Shown here: positions 17,001 through 24,698 of the stretch, piece by piece
How the letters are laid out: every line of letters starts with the position of its first letter
How positions within the stretch are numbered: position 1 is the stretch's first letter
Source of the DNA: a virus
Lineage: Duplodnaviria > Caudoviricetes
Virus record (IMG/VR): IMGVR_UViG_3300017913_000707
Coordinates: 1-41,250 of that record
Length of the DNA: 41,250 nt
Direction: 5' to 3' (one strand)
Notes under the pieces: generated by a model
Seen by the model: the letters and a program-made list of their open reading frames with translations, nothing else
What the model was told of the DNA's origin: nothing
The model's database searches: none
Made by a program: the position numbers and the translations under genes

Positions 17001-18625
17001 GCAGACTCAAAAGCAGACTCGTCATCTCCAGCAAAAGAAGATCTCCACCTTGGAAGACCTGCACCAGCCTCCCCATCTAAAACGCCATCTCCATATGGGT
17101 TGAAGCAAACATTGGAACCTCTGGATCTGGCCACACCACTACCATTGGATGACAGTGTAAATGACTGATTAGACCCAAAGTATTGAGACCCATCAGGCTT
17201 AAACCCGTCTCCCTTTTGATTCAGTATGGCCTGAGCTTTACCTACCTCATCAAAGTCGTCGGCTTCACCTTGAAGCAAATTGAATCTTGAGCTACCGTGA
17301 TAACCCTTTCTTGACTCGTAGAAATGAAAGTGGTTGTCTGGTGAAACAGTGATGTTAAAAATCACTTGTGTGTTAGCGGCAACACCCTCATCAGGAAGCT
17401 GAGACGTGCTGAGCCTATAAGAGGCAACCCTGTTCAGACAAGCGTTTACATCCCCAATGGGAGAGTTCGTATTCCTCACCTCAGAGGAAAGGGTGAGGTT
17501 GAATGTGATAAAGTCCTGAGGTCTATCCAATGCCTCAAACCCCAAGCTGGCGTTTACATTAGGCACATCGAATCCCTCAACATAGTTTCCGTAGAAGAGT
17601 CTGTTGTTCGTAACCTCTTGGGCCCGAGCCTTCTTAGGTACAGAATCAAACTGCCTCTTGGCCTCCGCCTGAGGAAGTATCGTAAGGACCTTGTCATTAT
17701 AGAAGTCTATCTGAACACTACTTCCATCGTACTCAACTTCGTCTGCAACAAACCAAGGACCGAGATTGCCCTCGCGTACAAGCAGCCTTACCCTATCGAC
17801 TTCCGCTGTCAGTCCATTTGGTGGTATCTGAACAGCAAGGTAGTTTTCTGAAAAGAAGGATGCATTGGGTGAAGCACCTTGGTTGATGTAAGAAAGTGGT
17901 ACGTGAAGCTTTGAGTACGTACTGATTGCACTTACATCACCAGACTTATATATGTTTTGATATGCAAACTGGAACCCCTTCTTCCCCTTGAAGTTGCTTA
18001 CAGTTACAGATGGATCGTTTTGAAACGATGCTACGGGCGGGTCAACTGGTGTCCTCGGGCACGTAGAAATAAAATCTAGGAACCCAATGTCATCAGCATT
18101 CGACAATGCCTGACCCTCACTAGCTCTAGATACATCAAGCTTTCTTGGCTCGTTGATATTGTCAGTGAAAAACAAGATCGGCTTCACAGTGGCATCCCCT
18201 GATGAGTCAGAAGGAATGTATACTATGTTCGACTCCACAAAAGAGTTAGAGTCAAAATTGAAAAATGTAGACGTAAGAAGAGGAGTAACTTGATTGTCCC
18301 TCTTTGAGTAGCGATATACACCCTGCTCTGATGCTACAGCACTGTGGACGAAGTAATAAATGTTTTCATTTCTGTCGTCTACGCAGCTTCCAATGACTCT
18401 TCCATTGCCAGTGAAACTTACTGCTTCAGAGTTTTCAATAGCTGTATTGCCCTTTACAGGCTTAAGAACACCAAAGTTTCCGCTAGGGGAATCAATACCT
18501 TCTTTAGAGAAGTCATCGTAGTTGTCGTCAATGGTTACATTGACTGCATCGATCATTTCATCTTTGCCACGAACCCGTGCATCCTTGCTTGAGTTGAGCT
18601 TCCTTGGAAATACCTTATCAATCAT
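11039..18625 (-). CDS. Tail muzzle/stabilisation protein (P22 gp10-like, crAss-type) with a ~970-aa C-terminal extension, 2528 aa
   Basis: LNSSKDAR..DAVN, LFFTDNINEPRK, FQFAYQNIY, KARAQEVTNNRLFYGNYVEGFD, FGIVFYDQRGR, NFKDLP..GSIQKM, DYGCSDNPES, GGYDP. Follows the two ring-protein genes. Confidence 0.75.
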   Translation of the reverse strand: MIDKVFPRKLNSSKDARVRGKDEMIDAVNVTIDDNYDDFSKEGIDSPSGNFGVLKPVKGNTAIENSEAVSFTGNGRVIGSCVDDRNENIYYFVHSAVASEQGVYRYSKRDNQVTPLLTSTFFNFDSNSFVESNIVYIPSDSSGDATVKPILFFTDNINEPRKLDVSRASEGQALSNADDIGFLDFISTCPRTPVDPPVASFQNDPSVTVSNFKGKKGFQFAYQNIYKSGDVSAISTYSKLHVPLSYINQGASPNASFFSENYLAVQIPPNGLTAEVDRVRLLVREGNLGPWFVADEVEYDGSSVQIDFYNDKVLTILPQAEAKRQFDSVPKKARAQEVTNNRLFYGNYVEGFDVPNVNASLGFEALDRPQDFITFNLTLSSEVRNTNSPIGDVNACLNRVASYRLSTSQLPDEGVAANTQVIFNITVSPDNHFHFYESRKGYHGSSRFNLLQGEADDFDEVGKAQAILNQKGDGFKPDGSQYFGSNQSFTLSSNGSGVARSRGSNVCFNPYGDGVLDGEAGAGLPRWRSSFAGDDESAFESAGQKAVYGTNAGNPFIIEGKSMTFSGSFVTLADLTKDELTNAIKTMLLGPPTRVDGVDGVAEDPTPPISIINSVSTASYVIDLGINNLEKINVQGSVDPRADLIVAVGRYDGLYTEDQAQFSAPMGYFIVNKAQPEFRLRDVSDFYAIENPNPDPELADEDRPNDLFLSLDLIDIGDFDILTCVPDVKMDFPNGNVTGIVVESGDVALKGWVCMTRDFIQFQVPNMTQADFDQLFTLNATDLYEIAQEQYDAGPSPIAYAKAFAAAQSNAAETIAGQKGVQNTQNMRRWLGFLIPSEASVTITEDFEGFITSSFSGGGIQDALDGLVDVGNEFISFTGGRLINTFHNYAQDTYQNHGINIFDRDDLFFDYAFSFVDGEAGAGGRQGDSSSGQGMSSVSYQTILMGVSPWSDRGMVTLNNERAALNNMPLISNTLNLTLSDFTDYGVADDDELLDELHPHIEVRDFETVQIPPLTAGENQPYKSFKTKANHDFGIVFYDQRGRASDVVPIGSVYVPGYNVLPKKGPVQIQVNLQNVTPPSWAWNYQLVYGGNSTVDDFVQYTTGGAFVEYDSDDPDGNGNIYVSLNYLQNNSKVSYSGAFGAINYDGAQDMYTFKDGDKLRIISYFGSLSGLDDELAARVFPEAFEFDIVKTVTLADDEENPLRNPDAELPKACVGQFLVLRNNPSAVGFAYNNVRDSILNDNQNPDSASHRWNSRCVVEIYSPLKNQDAEDRIYYEVGKKYSIIEENGSFTWENPNIVLTEGDVYFRRLPVNMPRFNDDNGSYINLIQNDEGSGPRFLDYFLETKTFTDTIIGANQHNWGKPKVVNRFQREIRRDSSITFSDVNNYALPRLRYCTFDATTSNFKDLPNAHGSIQKMVDRGDSVFVIQEDKISDIPVSRTLLSDAVGGDVVVASEKALGTQRFYSGDYGCSDNPESVTKVGESIYFANKEKFEVYKFNPANGVAIISEYGLKSYFRELFSSAIEAQDATNTVRVVGGYDPVLDEFVISVHNSVRIGYTGGEFFRQSEGVATPDPSIPTPPDITQEDLDALLEDAGDLQVSLSEANQTIDDLQQQILNLYTLIGEAVNNPPDGGVDEAIDSLNEDISELEQEIASITNTNASQIQATEQLHLQVLEQAQAAIVEGSTFISSYAPGTPRAEAVSASEINLPANLNASVFSDLGISPGDTVNLNQYLSVVEAFVDKIREYDTTINEPAVGRYDRTQGSFNLSNNEVITFEIGYGIPTTVSLQDEFTESIHPEGSALFDNEDFVNEFVGFNGLNADLTRLINSINANSFDDIIEENINIKGELDEINAEKEDLLQQIAAFVTATYEGRGPELNAPLEDLNAQSRNPFGDDYGLESVEGVQDSPLKNLYDAVQDDPSYALLEEQIIGGNNLTYTNVLNLIESGLLNYRTDYQGEVDNLTTTTIALEAVRDQLAFSLYNSAQTTYDIQSDIAGIDVPYENTGANAVPEAFYEFLIGTPPTTGQEIVDSLNGETLTQVSLGDTFLNLFGNVSNVLDALTNFDPNDPITGGTGDITPELRQKIKDAVDAVTAAVSFGGLTVTGAQLENIEFEDIIDPESDSTLIEARLSSFKNVIQAAETDLGTQILNLKALVTSAITPLASELFFSSDQVNNQDVSVIGDYLNIGLSAPFSSTPQYQALSSILGNTQEAVARLREFQALFGSESLDDITSLTADGLTIDTSSPVSYGVGFTGEGGDGLTASDLAGGIVKTTSSGSLVSSYDALRKALDRIIDVTSGYSFIQDGNQEINGQTFPTLDGNPIIFQGTAQDILSPETYASLVAAIEASLSDDPAPTDPEQTANLALNAVNQAVNLAFEKTLSNVNFATGRLFGFEGQPKFTFLDGTSSGAQLFGGTPFNARGLAGDIDGDGSVTNADLLSLISEIGEIGGGLVSAQDGADHVTSYVGDRRFADFSEQNLSTNFYSFSEGDSTPEFISTLTNILNSVIPANKVIIFNPATQTFELGLDQ

Positions 18626-19491
18626 TAGTACTTAGGTGCCTGCTTGAAGTTCTTTCTAATCGTTCTCAATGCCTCTTCTCTTGTAAAGTTTCCGAGGCGA
18701 GCCTTTGCCTTGCGGCGCTCATTGTAGTACTCAGAGCGAGCTCTCATCTTTTCGTTTGCAGGAACCGTTGACTTTCTTTCACAAAGCTTGTAGTAGATAT
18801 ACGCTCGCAAGGCTTCCTCTGCGTAGACGTGAATCAGTGGATTTGAGCTGCGTGCTTCATCGGCTACGTACTCAATGATAACCTCGCTGATGCTGCTAGA
18901 TGTATCCAGCTCAAGTCTGTTTTGATCTAGATTGATTCTGTACTCACCAATCCCATGTCCGCCACCGATACCATACAAGCCACCAAGACTGTTCTCGTAG
19001 ATGTAGTTTCTAAACACGTAAGACTCGAAGGGATCTTCGCTATTCAGTGTGTCTGAACCAGTTGTCGAGGTCTTGTCATCTACCCTATCCTCAACCTTGT
19101 TTTGATCCAAGTACATTGGGTCACTAGAAGAGTCTGTAAAGGTTTCTGCCGAGGCGTCATTGAGGTCAACTTTCTGGGAGTAGTTGATGTTCTTGTTTTG
19201 ATTCAGAACGTAAACCGTCCCATCGCCACCAACGATTCCAACCTTAACCAGATCCACGTAATCAGAAGGCAGTTCTACCGTATTGTTAGAGGTGTCAATG
19301 GTTCTCTTTAGTGACTTGATGCGAGCAGTCACATCAAACCCAAACTCACGGATACCACGAAGCGCAACATTGCGAAGCATAGCATCATTGATGTTTGAGA
19401 TGTGATCGTCCACATCCATAGTCAAAACAAAATCGTCCATCACCTGTCTAAGGGTGACGTAATTCATTCCCTCTGTAGAAATATCTGCCAT
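18625..19491 (-). CDS. Tail ring/tubular (head-tail connector) protein
   Basis: RGIREFGFD, LPSDYVDLVKV, IIEYVAD, AEEALRAYIYY..EYYNERRKAKARL, matching crAss-like ring proteins; directly precedes the muzzle gene. Confidence 0.7.
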   Translation of the reverse strand: MADISTEGMNYVTLRQVMDDFVLTMDVDDHISNINDAMLRNVALRGIREFGFDVTARIKSLKRTIDTSNNTVELPSDYVDLVKVGIVGGDGTVYVLNQNKNINYSQKVDLNDASAETFTDSSSDPMYLDQNKVEDRVDDKTSTTGSDTLNSEDPFESYVFRNYIYENSLGGLYGIGGGHGIGEYRINLDQNRLELDTSSSISEVIIEYVADEARSSNPLIHVYAEEALRAYIYYKLCERKSTVPANEKMRARSEYYNERRKAKARLGNFTREEALRTIRKNFKQAPKY

Positions 19492-19494
19492 GTG

Positions 19495-20247
19495 TTAAAC
19501 TTGTGGGGCCGCCCCGTATTGAGTGAGGAAAGAGTCCCTAAGAGAGACACCAATCATCTTGCAAATCTCACTAACCACTTCTCCATAAAACTCGTATGGG
19601 AGATCAAAGGCTCTACAGTTTTGAGGAGAAGGGATTGTAATCCCCCCTGAGATAGAAGAAGCAGCATAGAAAGGCTGTCTCTTTGCATCAATTTCCCCCT
19701 TGGGAACTCCACCAACCTTTACCTCGAATCTAGAGGCAGGATCTCTGTAGTAGTTAATGTAAAGCTCGTCAGTAAGAGAATCGGGAAATACTTCAATCCT
19801 GTCTGATACAAGCGCAACAGGAAAGTCATCAGTAGGCTCAGAAAGATTGCTGTTTACAATCCTAGACATCTTCTCTGTATTGTATACCAGATCTACGCTA
19901 ACGCTAGAAGAAGTAAAGACAGAGATTATTCTGTTGCAGTTTTCAGGCTTCGCATATAAAACAGAATCTCCATAAAGAGATCTGTCATTGACCGATTGAA
20001 GCGTTCCGCTTTCGATGTAATCAGACAAATAGTTCTTGGCTCTGAGATAAACTGAGTCCTCACCACCCAAGTCAGCACCACTTCTTCTAAGTGCTTTAGC
20101 CTGAGTAGCATATTCGTAAATCTTTGTGAAGATGTTTGACTGTACCGCAGGAAGAAGTGAGTTAAACATCTCAGGAGTGATGAACCCCTTTTGATCTTTA
20201 TTCGCAATATCGCGTACTGTATTGTATACCTGAATTACGCTAATCAT
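19495..20247 (-). CDS. Tail ring/adaptor protein, 250 aa
   Basis: Start reassigned to MISVIQVYNTVRDIANKDQKGFITPEMFN (ATG 4 nt after a TATATTTG box). YYRDP and FDLP..ICKMIGVSLRD resemble crAss-like ring proteins. Confidence 0.7.
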   Translation of the reverse strand: MISVIQVYNTVRDIANKDQKGFITPEMFNSLLPAVQSNIFTKIYEYATQAKALRRSGADLGGEDSVYLRAKNYLSDYIESGTLQSVNDRSLYGDSVLYAKPENCNRIISVFTSSSVSVDLVYNTEKMSRIVNSNLSEPTDDFPVALVSDRIEVFPDSLTDELYINYYRDPASRFEVKVGGVPKGEIDAKRQPFYAASSISGGITIPSPQNCRAFDLPYEFYGEVVSEICKMIGVSLRDSFLTQYGAAPQV

Positions 20248-20249
20248 AT

Positions 20250-20259
20250 TGCAAATATA
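20250..20259 (-). promoter_or_regulatory. Bacteroidota -7 promoter box
   Basis: TATATTTGCA-AT-ATG. Confidence 0.8.
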
Positions 20260-20289
20260 CAAAAACAAAAGAGGCCCCTAAGGGCCTCT
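20260..20289 (-). terminator. Intrinsic terminator
   Basis: AGAGGCCC-TTAG-GGGCCTCT followed by TTTGTTTTT, just after the stop at 20293. Confidence 0.85.
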
Positions 20290-20292
20290 CTT

Positions 20293-21129
20293 TTAACCAA
20301 GCTTCTCTAGCTTGTCTTCTAATGTGGCTAGTACTGATGCCCCTTTTTCTGTGAGACAAAATCTTGTCATTACATCAACAGGTTCCATTCCCGCTGGAAC
20401 AGATACGATAAGCTGGTTGCTGTCAAACCAGTACGCTCCGCTTTTCTTTAGGCTAATGATCTGATAATCAGAAGCTTGGGTGATGGTTGCTCTAGTTGTA
20501 ACCTCGGGTGAATCAAACGCCTGAATAAATCCAGTTGGATTTTTCTTTGCAGTCTGCAAAAGATCGTAGCGAATCTCAGACGTAGCTCTGTTAATGTTGA
20601 TGCCGTAGTAAAGGGCGACAGGAAGCAGTTCCTGAATGTCCTTCTCGCGAACCATCATGATAGCTTCAGACTGAGAAAACTCTTTTGCAAGCTCCTTCTC
20701 TGCATCCTTCTTATCATCAACCAATCGGAAAAGCTGGCCGCCATTAGAAACATTTTCTGGGTGCAAGTCCAAGAAAGCCATCAAGTTGGGCTTCTCCTTT
20801 GGAACCATCAGGCGTCCTTCGCGGAAGATAACTGCTTCGCGCACAGAGTTTTCTCCTTGTTCATCTACAAAAGGAGAGTTCTCACGAGGACAGTAACGCA
20901 AGTTGCGAATCTTCCCCTGATCTTCATCGTAGATCTGGATCTCTTTTTGACGAAGGATAGTTACTACACCAGCTCCACGAACAATCTCGTAGATTCGGTG
21001 GCGAACCTCTTCTGTCTTTTGACGAATGGCTGGGCGCTTTGGTGCTGCCTTAGTCACTACAGGTTCAACAACAGTTTTCTCTTGGGTCTTTTTAGGGCGT
21101 CCCGGTGCCCGGCGTGTTTGTTGTGCCAT
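20293..21129 (-). CDS. Conserved capsid-module protein (crAss 'gene downstream of MCP' type) with an N-terminal AT-hook-like motif
   Basis: IRNLRYCPRENSPFVDEQ..IFREGRLMVPKEKPNLMAFLDLHP; RRAPGRPKK at the N-terminus. Confidence 0.6.
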   Translation of the reverse strand: MAQQTRRAPGRPKKTQEKTVVEPVVTKAAPKRPAIRQKTEEVRHRIYEIVRGAGVVTILRQKEIQIYDEDQGKIRNLRYCPRENSPFVDEQGENSVREAVIFREGRLMVPKEKPNLMAFLDLHPENVSNGGQLFRLVDDKKDAEKELAKEFSQSEAIMMVREKDIQELLPVALYYGININRATSEIRYDLLQTAKKNPTGFIQAFDSPEVTTRATITQASDYQIISLKKSGAYWFDSNQLIVSVPAGMEPVDVMTRFCLTEKGASVLATLEDKLEKLG

Positions 21130-21140
21130 AATAAATAAAA

Positions 21141-22373
21141 TTAAAGGTTGTAAAGTTTATGCAAGTCCTTAGCTAGCTTAATGCTAGCTGTGCTACCTAT
21201 GTCTCTTTGGATAACCCCGAATCTAGCAAGAGCACCCTTAAATGACTCTACGGTGTCACCACCAGAGCTTCCAATCTGAAGGATGTTTAGGATACCAGCT
21301 GTTTCACCATTGGTTGTTACGCTAGTAGAAACGTCAGGATCTAAGGTGGTAATTAGAGCAGGGATAGAAGCTATAAGGTCTCCCTCGTAGTTGTATGCCG
21401 AGATATTGTAGTCAGCGTCTCTTCTAATGACGATTACCGTTGGTAGGTCTTCATCATACTCATAGTCTAATTCGTAAGTCGCGGGCAGTCCAACTCTATC
21501 CTCGTGTCTAACTCCAAATTTATTTTGAAGCACAGGCTGCTTCGATGTGCTTTCTGTAGTGGCGGAAAGGCCTACTGTTTCACCAGAGGCACTTCCGTAA
21601 AGGGTTCCTAGTCTACCCTCTGTCCCATTAGCCCCACTTGTGAACACAGCGTACAAGGTGTAATCTCTTTTTGTTTCGAGTGCATTGCTCAAAACGGCAT
21701 ATGAACTTACACCAAAGCTAACTGCGTTTACATTTAGTCCGTTTGTTGATGAACCAGTTGCCTCACCGATCGTACCTACAGAACTACCTACATCTACATC
21801 ATAATCACTGCCTCCAGTTCCGCTATTGACCCACGTGGCCAAAACGCTGGCAGAGTATGTAGCATCTCGGCAGTCAAGATCTAAAACAGGCTTATTCTCT
21901 TGAGCACCATAGTCGATATCATTGACCGTGTTTGCTGTAGATGCGGTAAAAGAGTTGTCAGTCTGTATGCTTACTTCTCCTGTAACCCTGTTTACTGGAT
22001 GATCTTTTAAGAATGCCTTGATGTTTTCACCGTACCTCCCAAAAGTTGGAGACGATGTGGCATCAAACAGCAAAAAGGGGTTTGTCGTCTTTGAGTTTGA
22101 AAAAACTGAAATGCTCTTCATGAGCTCAATCTCTTCACCTTCATCACAGGATACCGTAACGAATGATCTTTGTGTAGACTCCCCAGTTGAAAGATTACTT
22201 TCCTCGTATGGGGACACATCCCTAAAGAATATGTTTACCTGCCCCAAAGAAGCAGTCATATATGCAATACTTTCAACGGGGGTTGAAATGACCTCAATTC
22301 CTGTTCCATCATCTGAGAAGGATGCCCCTGCTGGGGTTACTTCTTTCAATTTAAATATGATGAACTTATTCAT
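21141..22373 (-). CDS. Virion protein with a C-terminal LamG/concanavalin-like beta-sandwich, 410 aa
   Basis: LDLDC..LATWVNSG..YTLYAVF..LQIGS..FKGALARFGVIQRDI pattern of phage LamG-like domains. Confidence 0.5.
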   Translation of the reverse strand: MNKFIIFKLKEVTPAGASFSDDGTGIEVISTPVESIAYMTASLGQVNIFFRDVSPYEESNLSTGESTQRSFVTVSCDEGEEIELMKSISVFSNSKTTNPFLLFDATSSPTFGRYGENIKAFLKDHPVNRVTGEVSIQTDNSFTASTANTVNDIDYGAQENKPVLDLDCRDATYSASVLATWVNSGTGGSDYDVDVGSSVGTIGEATGSSTNGLNVNAVSFGVSSYAVLSNALETKRDYTLYAVFTSGANGTEGRLGTLYGSASGETVGLSATTESTSKQPVLQNKFGVRHEDRVGLPATYELDYEYDEDLPTVIVIRRDADYNISAYNYEGDLIASIPALITTLDPDVSTSVTTNGETAGILNILQIGSSGGDTVESFKGALARFGVIQRDIGSTASIKLAKDLHKLYNL

Positions 22374-22375
22374 AT

Positions 22376-22385
22376 TGCAAATATA
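22376..22385 (-). promoter_or_regulatory. Bacteroidota -7 promoter box
   Basis: TATATTTGCA-AT-ATG. Confidence 0.8.
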
Positions 22386-22389
22386 AGGG

Positions 22390-22414
22390 AAAAGAAAAAG
22401 GCCCCGTAGGGCCT
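22390..22414 (-). terminator. Intrinsic terminator ending the capsid operon
   Basis: AGGCCC-TACG-GGGCCT followed by TTTTCTTTT. Confidence 0.85.
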
Positions 22415-22434
22415 ATTTCAAATATCAGTATGTA

Positions 22435-22887
22435 TTATGCAACAACTGCTGGTGGCTCAAAGCCAATCCAAGCGTCTGCATCATACTTAAACAAAATCAA
22501 CCCTGAGCTTGCCGCAACCGTAATGCCAGCATTGTCAGCAGCAGGAAGAATTTTATCACCAGTAGCGGGATATACTTCAAGCGCAGCAGCAGCAGCAGTA
22601 TTGACGATGATAACCAACTCACCAACGGCAGCCGTTGTCAATGCAGGCAATCTAACACCAACAGTTCCGTCTGCGTCAGTGACGAAGACAAGCCTTCCGT
22701 CAGCCAAGTCGATAGCCGCAGCTGTGGCCTGATTAGTTCCCAAGCCAGCTACACTCTGAGAATCAAAAACAATTTTTGAAACATCAGACAATGTAGTAGC
22801 TCCAGAGAGCGTGTTCGTGCCTCTCAAGTCGGCTTCACCACCAACAATCAGATTGCCAGATGACTTTACGTATGTAAACTTAGCCAT
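22435..22887 (-). CDS. Capsid decoration/auxiliary protein
   Basis: Ala/Gly/Thr-rich; VRLPALT..GELVIIVN..LEVYPATGDKI small beta-sandwich; in the MCP operon. Confidence 0.55.
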   Translation of the reverse strand: MAKFTYVKSSGNLIVGGEADLRGTNTLSGATTLSDVSKIVFDSQSVAGLGTNQATAAAIDLADGRLVFVTDADGTVGVRLPALTTAAVGELVIIVNTAAAAALEVYPATGDKILPAADNAGITVAASSGLILFKYDADAWIGFEPPAVVA

Positions 22888-22897
22888 ATTATTCTAA

Positions 22898-23236
22898 TTA
22901 GCTTGCAGCAGCAACAGAGAAGAAGAACCAACCGTTATCCTCGCTATACAAAACAGTAACCGTATCGCCAGCACCGCAGGAAACTGTGTCTGCCGTAGCG
23001 TCACCAAATGGGGCTGGGGCAATAGTCACGTTTTGAGCTGTGCCAGTAACGTTTACAACAGCAACAAGGTCTCCGGGCTCACCGGGATAGTTTGTTGAAT
23101 CAAAATCTACTGTGTGAGCTCCATTGATCTTGATGATTCCAACCTCTTTTGTGGTGTCATCACCCCAAGTAGTACCCGTCTCAGTAGTGGTGTGTGTTTC
23201 TCCTCTCATGAGAGGAAAGATTCCTTTTTTAGCCAT
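22898..23236 (-). CDS. Capsid decoration/auxiliary protein
   Basis: Directly after the MCP; GDLVAVVN..VTIAP..VTVLYSEDNGW, similar to the neighbouring gene. Confidence 0.55.
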   Translation of the reverse strand: MAKKGIFPLMRGETHTTTETGTTWGDDTTKEVGIIKINGAHTVDFDSTNYPGEPGDLVAVVNVTGTAQNVTIAPAPFGDATADTVSCGAGDTVTVLYSEDNGWFFFSVAAAS

Positions 23237-23257
23237 GTGTCAAAAGTTTAAGACTAA

Positions 23258-23285
23258 GAGAAGGGGCGCCTGAGCACCCCCTCTC
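23258..23285 (-). terminator. Strong hairpin with weak U-tract after the MCP (leaky terminator or mRNA stabiliser)
   Basis: GAGAGGGGGTGC-TCAG-GCGCCCCTTCTC then TTAGTCTT; 12-bp stem with two G-U pairs. Confidence 0.7.
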
Positions 23286-23301
23286 CTTCGTCAGTTAGTT
23301 A

Positions 23302-24693
23302 TTACTTGAGCAAGACGTGTTGGTTGGCAGCACGAGTCACCAAAGCAACTTCAGAGCGGTAGTGGAACGTAGCCGTATCCTTACCGTTGTCTCCGTTGTT
23401 GTTGTGACCCAAGACGCCACCACCAGTCACCCAGTGCTCCATCTCACGGCTGTAACCGTTAGCCTCCTTGTAGCACAACTCCAAAGCAGGAGCCTTAACA
23501 CCAGTGCGAGCGTCAGCAACGTTCGACATAGGAATCATAGCACCAGCAACGCCACCGCTAGTCACGGCACCGAGGAGAGTAGGATCGTTCAGCAACTTCC
23601 AATCGTGCTTGTGGAAAGTGTATCCACCACGTGTGAAGCTCTTGAATCCGAGCTGTACAGCCATGTCCGCGCTGTTGTTGAATGCACCGAACTGTCCGGG
23701 CAAACCAGCAGTGGTCTGAGTGGCGATGCCAGCAGCGAGCATGTCGTCGATAGCCAAAGACTGCTTTCTGTTCAAGTACATAGCGTACTCAGAAGGAGCT
23801 CCCTGACGGTCGAGCTCAGTCAAGATCAAATCGAACTCAGTGAAAGAGTCGAGAGGATCAGAGCCAACGCCAGTCACCTCGATACCGCGAGTGTCAATGG
23901 CAGAGAAGTAACCCTGAGAGCCTTCAACCTTATCCTTGTTGTCAGAAAATGCGCCGTCAGCAGCAGAGCTCAACTGATCACCGAACAACAGCATCATCTC
24001 ACGACGGTCCATAAAGCGCTTACGAGCTTCCTGCTCACCGTGCATGAACCATCTGTAGTCACCGTTACCTACGTTCACGTAACCAATGTTAGTGGCTTGT
24101 GATCCGTTCACTTCGTAACGATCCTTCACGATCATGTATGGGTTTCTGCGACGGACTGGAGTAGTCTCGAAGAAGAAGTCAGGCTGATCGCTACCCTGTG
24201 GGTACATGTTACCGAGGTACACGAACTCAGCGTTGTCGGACACAGACAAGGTAGAGGTAGCATCAGTCAAGTGAGCGACATCAACAGTTCCGCCAGTGGT
24301 TGCAGCCTGATCAGAAGTAATGATGATCTTATCACCAGTGGCGACAGCCATCAAGACGTCGTACTTCTGTGGGTTGATTTCAAACACGAAGGTAGAGGCC
24401 AAGACACCATTGGCAAGATCACCACCAGTGGTAGCCTTGTACAATCTGTGACGACGACCCTCCTCAAACCACTCAACTTGGTCTGCAGAGCCACCGCTGT
24501 TCACAGCGCCAGTCAAAGTCAAAAATCCAGTGATACCTTGATCACCATAAGTCTTAACCAACAAATCACGAACGTCGGGCTTGTTGAAGTCAGTTTCGCC
24601 CAAGAAGTCACCGAGGGCCTTGTAGTTCCGTGGATCCAGTGCCAGCGAGTTAGCTGTACCGTGCTCCAACGTAGAAGAAGCAATAGTTGCCAT
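23302..24693 (-). CDS. Major capsid protein (crAss-like, HK97 fold), 463 aa
   Basis: WFEEGRRH, IVKDRYEVNGSQATNIGYV, RFMDRREM, AVQLGFKSFTRGGYTFHKHDWKLLND, FHYRSE. Follows the scaffold-like gene. Confidence 0.85.
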   Translation of the reverse strand: MATIASSTLEHGTANSLALDPRNYKALGDFLGETDFNKPDVRDLLVKTYGDQGITGFLTLTGAVNSGGSADQVEWFEEGRRHRLYKATTGGDLANGVLASTFVFEINPQKYDVLMAVATGDKIIITSDQAATTGGTVDVAHLTDATSTLSVSDNAEFVYLGNMYPQGSDQPDFFFETTPVRRRNPYMIVKDRYEVNGSQATNIGYVNVGNGDYRWFMHGEQEARKRFMDRREMMLLFGDQLSSAADGAFSDNKDKVEGSQGYFSAIDTRGIEVTGVGSDPLDSFTEFDLILTELDRQGAPSEYAMYLNRKQSLAIDDMLAAGIATQTTAGLPGQFGAFNNSADMAVQLGFKSFTRGGYTFHKHDWKLLNDPTLLGAVTSGGVAGAMIPMSNVADARTGVKAPALELCYKEANGYSREMEHWVTGGGVLGHNNNGDNGKDTATFHYRSEVALVTRAANQHVLLK

Positions 24694-24698
24694 AATTT

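Noticed and set aside
2773-19650. Many 60-190 aa plus-strand and off-frame ORFs inside the large structural genes
   Set aside because: Fully nested in well-supported genes with no recognisable motifs.
23317-24102. 261-aa plus-strand ORF antisense to the MCP
   Set aside because: Mirror-frame ORF expected from codon bias of a highly expressed gene; no motifs, start context or promoter.
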